DNA of 64,000 nt from Felis catus (taxonomy: Eukaryota). Shown one piece after another: positions 25,676 to 36,718 of the stretch. The position numbers were made by a program, and so were the translations under genes. Under the pieces are notes generated by a model, which saw only the letters and a list, made by a program, of their open reading frames with translations, searched no databases and was not told where the DNA came from. The DNA is taken from NCBI RefSeq assembly GCF_018350175.1, contig NC_058368.1:96288001-96352000 (forward strand), given 5' to 3'. Position 1 is the stretch's first letter, and each line of letters starts with the position of its first letter.

Positions 25676-28600
25676 GAATCTATTTTATCTGATATAAGTA
25701 TTATGACTCTGGCTTTGTTTTGATGTCCATTTGCAGGATAAATGTTTCTTATCCCCTCACTTTCTATCTGAAAGTGCCCTGAAGTCTAACATCATTCTCT
25801 TAAAGGCAGCATATCAATAGGTCTTGGGTTTTTGTTTTGTTTTGTTTGGGTTTTTTTTTTTTTGAATCGATTCTGACATCCTAAGTCTTCATGAGAGGGT
25901 TTAGTCCATTTACATTCTGAGTAATTATGTGTGTGTGTGTGTATATGTATGTGTGTAACAAAAGTGCCATTGTGTTACTTGTTTTGTCACAATTTCTGGA
26001 GATTTTCCCTGATCCTTTCTTGCCTTTGTCCCTTTGGTCTTTCCTTTTCATTCAAAGAGTTCCTTTTAATATTATTTCTTGCAGTGTTGGTTTAGTGGTC
26101 ATGTACTCCTTTAGTTTTTGTTTGGGAAACTCTTAATCTCTACTTCTTTTCTGATTACTAGCCTTGCTGGATAGTGTATTCTTGGCTGCAGATTTTGTAC
26201 CATTCAGCATGTTGAATATATCATGCCACTACCTTCTGACTTGCCAAGTTTCTGTGGAGGGATCTATAGCTAGCCTTATTGTTCTTCCCTTTTAAGTTAG
26301 AGACTGCTTTTAAGATTTTTTTCTTTCTCACTACATTTTGCAAATCTAATTACAATAAGTCTTGGTGTTGTCCTGCTTTTGTTGATTTTGATGGGAGTTC
26401 TCTGTTTCCCCTGGATTTGTGTCTGTTTCCTTCTCTAGATTAGGAAAGCTTTTAACTTTTATTTCTTCAAATAAATTTTTGGCCCCCTTCTCTCTCTTCT
26501 TCTTCTTCTGGGACTCCTATAATACAAATGTTATTATGTTTGGTGAAGTCATTGAGTTCCTGAAGGCTATTTTTGTGTTCCATAATTCTTCTTTGTCTCT
26601 TTTGTTCACCTATGTAATCTTCTATTTCATTTATGCATTCCTCTGTTTTAACCATACTTATGTACACTGCATCCAGTCTGTTTCAAATCTCACTTACTTT
26701 ATTTTTCACTTCTGAATTTTTAAAATCCTTTACCTATGCCATAAGGGCCTCCCTTAAGACTTCCATTCTCTTCTCAAACCCAGTGAGTGTCCTTACAATT
26801 ATGGCTTTAACTCTCCATCAGGCATATTACTTATCTCTCTTTCAATTAGATCTCTGGCTGTAACCTTATCTTGTTTCATGCACCATGAATGCCACAGTAT
26901 TAGCACTTTGACTAAGTCTCTGTCTTCTTTTCTGTGTTAGAAAAACCTGTTATGTTTCCTGCTCCTAAGAGTAAGGGCTTCATCATTTCTGATATTATTT
27001 TAATCTTTTCTCTTTTTTTCCTAATCAATTTTGTAAACATTTTGCAATATTTTATTAATTGTGTAAGTATTTTAAAGTCTCAGCTATTAGTTTCATTGAT
27101 CTTCTGAAATTTCTATAGGCTTTATTTCTACTAGGATATTTCTTTTATTTCCTTTATTCTACTAACTTTGGATATTATTTGTTCTTCTTTTTTCCAATTC
27201 TTTTAGGTGTAATGTTAGATTGTGTATTTGAAAATTTTCTTATTTCCTGAGGCAAGCCCGAATCCCCATAAACTTCCCTCTTAGAACTCTGATAATGTCA
27301 AAGGGTTGGAACTGATGTTTCCATTTTCATTTGTGTTAAGGTATTGAGTTCCTCTTTGATTCTTTCATTGATACATTGGTTTCTTGATGCATGTTGTTTA
27401 GCTTCCATGTATTAGTATTTTTTTTCTTAAAATTGATTTCTAGTTCCATACTATTATAGTTTGAAATTATACAGACATGATTTCAAACTTCTGAAATTTA
27501 CTGAGACTTCTTTTGTGGCCTGGATTGTGTCTACATCACAGGGAAATGTTTCCTGTGGTTTGCTGTTTTGGGATGGAACATTCCGTATATAGGTGTTAAA
27601 GTACATCTGTCCTAATGTGTGGCTCAAAGCTACTTTTTTTTTCCTTATTGATTTTCTTTCTCGATGGTCTATGCATTGATGTGAGGTGTTAAAGTCCTTT
27701 CCTATTGTTGTATTATTGCAATGTTTCCCTTTATGACTGTTAATATGTGATTTATATATTTAGAAGCTATTATAGTGGGTTCACAGGTATTTACCATTGT
27801 ATGTTCTGGTTGCATTGATAACTTTATCATTATGGAATGCCCTTCTTTATGTCCTCTTAGAGTCTATTTAAAATCTAGTCTGATATAAGTAATGCTAGCC
27901 AATCTTTTGTTTTGTTTTCCTTCCATTTTCATGGAATACTTCTTCCATTACTTTACTTTTAGTCTGTATGTCTTTAGGTCTGTAGCAAATCTCTTGTAGA
28001 CAGCACATAGATGAGCCTTGTTCTTTCATCCATTCATTAATCTTATGTCTTTTCATTGGAGCACATAGTCCACTTACATTTAAAATAATTATTGATAGGT
28101 ATTACTTATTCCCATTTTGTTGATCGACTGTTTTCATAGTTCTCTTTTCCTTTCTTCTTCTACTGATCTACTTCCCTTGAGATAGTCTCTTTGGCATAAT
28201 GTTTAGATTCCTTTATTTTTTGTGTATCTATTTTAGATTTTTCATTTGTGGTATCCATGACATTCATATGTAACATCCTATGTATATAGTAGTGTTTATT
28301 AAGTGGATGGTAGCTTAAGTAAGAACACATTTTAAAAGCACATTTTTATTTGCAAATCAATGTTTTATGATGTGATGTTATTTTTTTACATCTTTTAAAT
28401 TGTGTATCCCTTGACTAATTTTTATAGATGTAATTGATTTTACTACTGTCATCTTTTAAACTTCATAGTAGCTTTAAAAATGATTTATCTACTACCTTTA
28501 CTGTGTGTATGCTTTTACAAGTGAAATTTTTTTCCTTTCATAATTTTTCTTCTAATTATGGCTTTTTCTTTTCCGCTTAAAAGATCCCCTTTAATATTTT

Positions 28601-30979
28601 TTGTAACATCAATTTAGTGGTAATTGACTCCTTTAACTTTTGTTTGTCTGGGACACTCTTTATTTCTCCTTTAATCTTGAATGATAACCTTGATCCATAG
28701 GGTATTCTGGGTTGTAGGGATTTTCTCCCCCTTAGCTATTTGCAATCCAGAAAGGAGAGGCATGATATATTCAATGTTTCTCCTGAAAATCCTGCTGATA
28801 GTCTTATGGATTTTCCTTCTATGTAATTCTTTCCTTTTCTCTTGCTACTTGTAACATTCTCTCTTTAATTTTTGCTATTATAATTACAGAATTATTTAAC
28901 TTCGTATTGTTTGGATCTGCTTCCTGGATGTCTGTTCATTTGCCCAGATTAGGGAGATTTTTCAGCCATTATTTATTCAAATAAGCTTTATGCTCCTTTC
29001 TCTCTCTCTTCTTCTGGGAATCCCTATATAGCACCAACAAACGTTAGGATGCTTGATGTTGGGTACAGAGGTCTTTTAACCTATCCTTTTTTTTTTCTTC
29101 TTGCTGTTCACTCTGGTTTCTCTCCACTATTCTTTCAGATTGCTGATCCGTTCTTCTGCATCCTCTAGTCGACTATTCATCCAGTCTTCTCTCAAGTCTC
29201 GTGAGTATGTATATGACCATTTTTGAGCTTTTTAACAGATAGATTAGGAAAGAACCAAAAGAAACAGAAATAACCAGAGTTTTGTCTTGTTCTTGTTCCT
29301 GTGTATTAAGTCTCCTAGTCTTGGAAGTATTGACGTTAGGTGGAAGTATAATGTAGTGCCCAGCAGTGCAATCCCCCATGGTTATCAGAATCAGGTATTC
29401 TAGGGGCATCCCCCCCCTGTGAGGTGTATGCACCCTCCTATTATGGCTGGACTGTGACTGTTTTCAGCAGGGCTTGCCCCCCAGTTAAGTGCCTGAGAGG
29501 CCTGGCTACAGGGGCTTTGGGAGCACTTGTGGCTGAGGATAGACCTCAGCCTGGCTGTTTGCAGTGACTCAGTGCAAAGACTTTAGGTGTGTTGATCGGA
29601 ATATCCTCCCCCCACACACACTTTCTCAAAGCAGAAGTTGCTTGAGAAAGGCAGCAATAACTGGGGGGTTTCAGGACCCAACTATGTCTGCCTGGCAGGT
29701 GTGTTGGGTGGGGCAGGTTCATAGGGGAGTACTAGGGCAGGGTATGCCTGTTAGCAAAATAAATGAAGAGTGTCACAATTAGTTCCTACAAGTGTCCAAC
29801 CACCTAGGCTGGAGGGCAAGAGCAATGGGAGAGAGAAAATATCCCTCTCCCTCCAGCACATAATAAATCCCCATGATCTTTCAAATCTTTTCTTTGGTGC
29901 TGGGTCACAGACTAAGTGATATAGCATGCTAGTTCTTTACGAGCCAAGAATCATTTTACTATAACATTCTGGCTCTCTTGGACTCAAACCTTTCTAATTT
30001 TCAAAAGTCCTAGAGATGAGACACACTAGTTTTAAAAAAAAACATTTTAGGGGTCATCTTCCTACTGCAGGGTCCCATGGCCGGGGGTACTCAATGTGGG
30101 ATTTGACCAGCTTGCTTTTCAGGGACGACGTCCCTGCCTGTGATATCCTTTCCATATTTGGACTGGCCACACTATACCCATTCTGGTTCCTAATCATGTG
30201 TCTCCCCTTCCTATCCTTTTGATGTGGTCTTCTCTTTATGTCCCTAGTCCTTAGACTTAAGGGTTATTTGGGAGTGAGTTTATTACATATAGTTGTAGCC
30301 TTCTCGGGTCCTAGGAGGACATGAGCTCAGCATCCTCCTACTCAGCCATCTTCCCCATTCTCTTCATTATCTTTTGGAATCATAATATATGGTTATCAGT
30401 TTGCAAATAAGTCACAATGGATATTCAAACTGTATAATGGGGAGTACATTACTGACAGTGATTCCTTCACGATATAATTATGTGTGTGTTTATTTTTCCT
30501 GGCCAGGCTTTCACAAATAACAGTGTAACTGTGTAAGATAGCAAAGTACATAACATGGGCCATTCAGTTCTGTAGTGCACAGTGTCTTCAGCGTGGGCAC
30601 CACTAGATCATAGTGTCACATTTTGGTACTACTGAAATGTATTTACAAAAGGAGTATACCTTAAGACTGTTTCCAGTTTTAAAGATTCTGTTTAGCTCAC
30701 CAATCAATTGGTAAGTTCATTCATGAATACCACTCTTCTTCATACAGCTATTTTCAAATCCTACCCTAACTCCTCATATTGCTAAGCTAAAAAAAAAAAA
30801 AAAAAAGTTTTAGCCACATGTTCCTCAAGCCTAGTTAGAGTACTGGAAGGAAATATTTTATTTCCTAGGGAGGAAAAAGCAAAGGCAGGGGGAACCTTGG
30901 ATAGGAAGGGTGAGATCTTGGACCATCTGGCAATAGTGTTAACTGTCCAGTGTTTCATTAAGAATTAAGCTAGTTGGAG

Positions 30980-33900
30980 AAAGTGGGGAAAGATGGCTGA
31001 GTAGGAGGATCCTGACCTCACCTCCTCCCATGGAAACACCAAAGCAACAACTACATGTATTGCAACTCATTCTGAAATTGACCTCTTCCACAGCTACAGG
31101 TATAAGGGAAAGGCCACAGAGAGAAGCACAGGATGGGCTGAGACACAGTTGGGAACCACACTCCTGGAGCAGGAATGTACACACAGGAGAGAGATCACAG
31201 GTGTGGAGGAATAAGAGGGATCAAGCCTCACACCTGGGAAACCACACAAAGAAGATGAGCCTCTCCCCCTGCCCCCCCCCCCCACCTGATGTGTGGCTTT
31301 CAAAATCAGCTGGGCTTACCTCCAGGAACATCAGAGGGTTACAGAACACTGACTAGCTGCTCATAAGGAGCCAGTGCTTTATCATTCGGTCCAAGACTCA
31401 GCTCCAATGCAGCAGTTTATAACGCACCTGAGTTACACAAGACAGAGATTTATTGACTAATTTTAGAATGTGTGCCGGAGAGACATGTATCAGCAGTTTA
31501 CCCTGAGGATGGAAGAGCTGGCAGGTACTATTTGTATTGCCCTTTTTCAGCGTAGCTACCTGGAAACTTACTAGGGCCTGTTCTGACATTCTCCATTTAC
31601 CTTACTAGCACTCTTTGCCCCATTCAGGCAGGGGCCCCTGCAAAACAACTGCCAACTTACCACACATCCCATATGTCTCAGTTATGACTATTGTCCTCTC
31701 GGGGTGACCAGCCCAATGCTTCACTCAGTGGCCAGCACCAGAGCCCCTAGAGAATCATTCCAGCTCCAGGGATGGGGAAGATAGTCCTATCTACCAACAT
31801 GGCCCCAGTAGTGAAATTCATGCCTCTCAGGCAGCTGTACCAGGTGCAAGTCTTGCCTGCCAGTGCACACAGGGTGGTCTGGTGAGTCACTGCTGACAGC
31901 CAGGATGAGCCTGCCTACCAGCATTCACACAGCCACTGGGGACATCTAGAGCATTTGGTTCTGGTGACCCGAGGGGATTGCTAACCAGGAACCACAAGAC
32001 ACCTACCTAAGGCCACACAGACAGAGACCCAATGAGGAGTAGAAGAATATGTTGCAAATGAAAGAACAAAACTTCAGAAGAAGAGCTTACAGAAATAGAT
32101 ATAAGCAATCTACCTGATAAAGAGTTCAAAGTAATGGCCATAAAGCTACTAAAACGTGAGAGAAGACTGAATGAGAACTTCAACAAAGAGAAAATAGAAA
32201 AAGTATCAGATCTGAAAGACACCATAACTGAAATATACAATATACTACAAGGAATCAACAGCAGATAAGAGGACACAGAAGAATACAGCTGGAAGACAGG
32301 GTCCTAGAAAGCAACTACCCTGAACAAAAAGAAAGCCAAATTAAAAATAAAAGAAATGGGTTAAGGGACAAATTCAAGCATATTAAGGGTCCTAGAAGGG
32401 AAAGGGGCAGAAGACACATGTGAAGGAAGGATATCTGAATACTTCCCCACCTGGGGAAAAATCAGACATCCAGGAAGCACAAAGAGCCCAAAACAAGATG
32501 AACCTAAGTGGCACACAACAACACATAGTAATTACAATGTTGAAAATTTAAAGACATAATCTTAAAAGCAGCAAGAGAAAAGGAAACAGTTACATTCATT
32601 TCAGCTAAAACTTTATAGGCCACTGGGAATAGCATGACATATTCAAAGTGCTGAAAGAAAAATGAAAAACTTACTACCAAGAACACTCTAACTTCAATTC
32701 ATTCAGAATTGAAGGAGAAACAGTTTCCCAGACAAAAGTTTATGAGATGTTAAAGAGACTTCTTTGAGTAGAGAAGAAAATGCCATAGCTAGAAGTAAAT
32801 TTCACTGGGTAAAGCAAACATGGAGTAATTGTATATCAGTCACTTATATCTACAAACGTAGTCAAATGAAACAATACATGAAGAGGTAAAGTATGACATG
32901 TACAGAAAACATGGATAAGGAAGTGAAAGTACAGTGTTTTAGAATGTATTTGAACTTCAGCAACCATCAAGTTAATATAGACAGACTGCTAAATACATAG
33001 GATATTATATGAAACTCATGGCAACCACAAACCCAACACCTACAGTAGATACACAGCAATCATGTAAATCATATCACAAGGGAAAACAACACGAGAAGAA
33101 AAAAGGGAGCAGACCCATAAAAATAACAGAAAAATCCCCATGTAAAAATGGCAATAAATACATAAATATCAACAATTATTTTAAATGTACATGGATTACA
33201 TGCTCTAAAAGATATAGAATGACTGAATATATTCAAAAAACAAAACCAATGATGCTGCCTATAAGGGACTTAATTCAGACCTAAAAACACATACAGACTG
33301 AAAGTGAAGGTATGGGACAACGTATTTCATGCAGTGTTGTGGGGCGGGGGGAGGTTGGGGTAGCAATATTCATACCAGACAAAATCTACTTCAAAATAAA
33401 GACTGTCAAAAGAGACAAAGAGGGCATGACATAATGATAAAAGGTTCAATCCAACAATAGGGTATAACAGTGGTAAATATCTATGCATCCAACATTGGAG
33501 CACCTAAATACATAAAGCAAATATTAACAAATTTAGACGGAAGAATTTTTTAGTATGTATACACTAAGAGCAAAGTAGCAGAAAGAGAATTTGCAAAACC
33601 AAACACATTTAAAATTGCATCAAAAAGAAGTCAATACCTGGGAATAAATTTAATCAAAGAGGTAAAAAAAACTGGTACTCTGAAAACAGTAAGACTTTGA
33701 TGAAAGAAATTGAAGACAACACAAATAAATGGAAAGATAAACCATGCGCCTGGATTTTAAGAATGATGTTACAATGTCCATACTATCAAAAGCAATTGAC
33801 AGATTCAATGCTGTCCCTACCAAAATACTAATAGCATTTTTCACAGAACTGTAACAAATAATTCTACAACTTGTATTGAACCACAACAGATGCCAAATAG

Positions 33901-35440
33901 CCAAAGCAATCTTGAGAAAGAACAATAGCCCTGGAGATTTTCACAATCCCAGATTTCAAACTCTATTACAAAGCTACATTAATAAAAACAGTATGGTATT
34001 GGCACAAAAATAAACACAAAGATTAATGAAACAGAAAAGAGAGCCCAGAAATAAACCCATGTTTATATGGTAAATTAATCTATGACAAAGGAGGCAAGAA
34101 TATACAATGAGAAATAGTCACTTCAATAAATGGTGCTGGGAAAATGGAATAGCTACATTCCAAAGAATGAAATTGGGTCACTTTCCTGCACCATACACAA
34201 AAATTAATTCAAATTATACTAAAGACCGAAATGTAAGACCCTAAACTGTGAAACTCCTAAAGGAAAGTGTAGGCAGCTAAGTCTTGAACATTGGCTTTTG
34301 CATATCTTTTTGGATATAACTCCCCAACCAAGGGAAACCTAAGCAAAAATAAGCAATCAGGACACACACTAAAAATGTTTTGCACAGTGAAGGAAACCAT
34401 AACCCAAACAAAAAGACAACCTACTGAATGGGATGTGATATTTGCAAATGATACATTCAATAAGGGGTTAATATCCAAAATATATAAGGAATTTACACGT
34501 CTCAATGTCAGAACAAAACAAAAACACATAGAATCTGATTATAAAATGCATACAAAGGACCTGAATGGACTTTTTTCTAAAGACAACATACAGATGGTCA
34601 ACAAACACCTGCAAAGATATGTAAAATTTCATACCAGCCAGATTTGCTAAGGGAAGATCAGGCATAGCAAGTGTTGGTGGGCAAGAGAGGAGAGAGAAAT
34701 AAATAACTCAGTATTTATTGAGTAAATATTTATGAGAAATACCGAGTATTACTGAGTAATGCCGAGTATTACTCAGGTACCCGAGTAATAAATCTCTCAT
34801 GTACTGATGGTAGGAATGTAAATTGGTGTAGCCACTATGAAAAACATACCTTGTGACCAAGGAATTCTACTGGCAGGTACCTGCTCAAAGAAAACGAAAA
34901 CTCCAATATGTGTACCTATGCTCTTTGTAGCATTATTTACAACAGCCAAGATATTGAAGCAACCTAAGTGTGTACTGACAGGTGAATGGATAAAGAAAAT
35001 GTGGTATATAAGCACAATGGAATAATATTGAGCCATAAAAAAGAATGGTTATCTTGCCACTTACAACATAGTTGGACCAAGAAGGCATTTTACTAAGAGA
35101 AAGAAATCAGAAAGAGAAACACAGCTATTTTATGAACAATAAAAATGAATGAGATCATAAATACACAGAACAAACTTGCCAAAGGGGAGGTTCGTGGGGA
35201 AACAGATGAAGTAGGGGAAGGGAATTAAGAGGTACAAACTTCCAGTTATAAAATAAATAAGTCATGGGGATGAAAAGTACAAAACAGGGAATATACTCAA
35301 AAATATTTTAATAACTTTGTATAGTGACAGTAACTACACTTACTGTGGTACACATTTTATAATGTATATAATTGTAGACTTACTATGTCGTACATGGAAG
35401 CCAATATATATCAACTACACTTCAGTCAAAAATAAAATTT
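30980..35440 (+). mobile_element. LINE-1 with intact ends and a large internal ORF2 deletion
   Basis: 5' GGGGAAAGATGGCTGAGTAGGAGGATCCTGACCTCACC; ORF1; EN start; jump at ~33540; ORF2 C-terminus (KRQPTEWDVIFAN, KQPKC); 3' end CAACTACACTTCAGTCAAAAAT. Confidence 0.92.
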
Positions 35441-35441
35441 A

Positions 35442-35622
35442 GGGGCACCTGGGTGGCTCAGTCGGTTGAGTCTGACTTCAGCTCAAGTCATGATCTTATC
35501 CGTGAGTTTGAGCCCCTTGTCAGGCTCTGTGCTGACAACTCAGAGCCTGGAGCATGCTTTGCATTCTGTGTCCCCCTCTCTCTCTCTGCCTCTCAAAAAA
35601 ATTTAAAAATCAAATTAAAAAA
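35442..35622 (+). mobile_element. Can-SINE inserted in L1 tail
   Basis: GGGGCACCTGGGTGGCTCAGTCGG head and A-rich tail. Confidence 0.95.
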
Positions 35623-36544
35623 AGAATTAATTTGGATGGAACTACAGTGAACCAGTCAGTGACAACAGCAGAAAAAATAGTGCTATAATTTTTGGGGTCA
35701 TTAATCTAGCAGTAACTGATCATCTAGCTTCTGCAAATCAAGTGATTATGTGAAAACTCCTACAAGTGGGGGCTTTGTGTTACTCTTCGAAGTAACTGGG
35801 TCATTCTGTTTCCAAGTCTGATCACATTATAATTTCTGTGGCAGGGATCAATGATGTACCAAATAAGATTGGTAGTTAGAAATGGAATTAGACCTGGTCT
35901 ATAGTACAAAGTACTAGAAGCAAACATTCTATAGCTCCCATTTCAAGGCAGACATCTTGAAAATGTTACAATATTTGGGTTTAAAAAATATATTAGAAAG
36001 ATTCATACTACAATCGTGTTATTTCCAATATATCAAACATGAAAAACCAAACTTTGAGGTGATAAAATCACATATATACTTGTCCGCTTCTAATAGCCAT
36101 TCATAAAATGGAGGAAATAGGAAAATATATTTTAAAATTCTTTTTGCGTATTATTTAAATTGCAGGCCTGACTTTCTAAACTGACCAGCTGCTAATCTGA
36201 TGTGGAAGTCTTCTTTGTGCAATGAGTCCGCTGTTTCCAAGGCTTTTAGAAATGCTTGGTTTGCCACTAAACTAGCTTCAATACGACATTCCCTGGAGCT
36301 ATGTTCATCAGCGGAATATTCCAAGTCTTCCCAGAACATACAACCCAGCATTCATGCATATGTACATACAAGCATTTGCATACTACTTACTGTTTATGGA
36401 TTTTAGAAGACATACCAAGTTGGAGACACAGGACAGTTGGCACTATTAATTACATCGTCATTAGGAATACCATCGTCCTTATTAAACACGGATGTTCTCG
36501 ATGGTGATTAAACTTTCTGTCCAGCGGTTTCACAGAGATGATAG

Positions 36545-36718
36545 TGATGCTGCTACTATCTAAATCTTACTTACCGTGTGCCGAAGCTGTTGTAAGCATT
36601 TTCACATGCCGTATATCAACTTCTCTCACTCGTTCTATGGGGTTGCTACTACTTTACAGCAGACAAAACTGCAGTATAGCGATGTTGAATACAACGTAAG
36701 TGTACATAGCTATAAGTA
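36545..36718. mobile_element. MIR relic (unusually CpG-rich)
   Basis: CTTACCGTGTGCCGAAGCTGTTGTAAGCATTTTCACATG...TTTACAGCAGACAAAACTG MIR pattern. Confidence 0.65.

Larger units (their letters stand above)
21990..26982 (-). mobile_element. Nested younger carnivore LINE-1, 5'-truncated near ORF1 start
   Basis: Own 3' end at ~22000; ORF2 ([47 protein letters not shown]) and ORF1 (NNICIIGVPEEEEERE) remnants; flanked by a diverged TSD. Confidence 0.9.
19320..30357 (-). mobile_element. Near full-length decayed LINE-1 (host), interrupted at ~21985-26982 by a younger L1
   Basis: 3' end at ~19320; ORF2 breaks at TCATTCCTAAGTTTATTTT (~21985) and resumes at TCATTTCTGATATTATTTT (~26984); 5' terminus GGGGAAGATGGCTGAGTAGGAGGATGCTGAGCTCA at ~30357. 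Confidence 0.9.

Noticed and set aside
34700..34793. Repeat array superficially like CRISPR or a minisatellite
   Set aside because: Eukaryotic context, units of about 10 bp in both orientations, no unique spacers
36151..36351. Protein-like minus-strand ORF (EDLEYSADEHSSRECRIEASLVANQAFLKAL...)
   Set aside because: No recognisable homology and only a weak acceptor; the + strand acceptor at ~36165 leads to early stops in all frames
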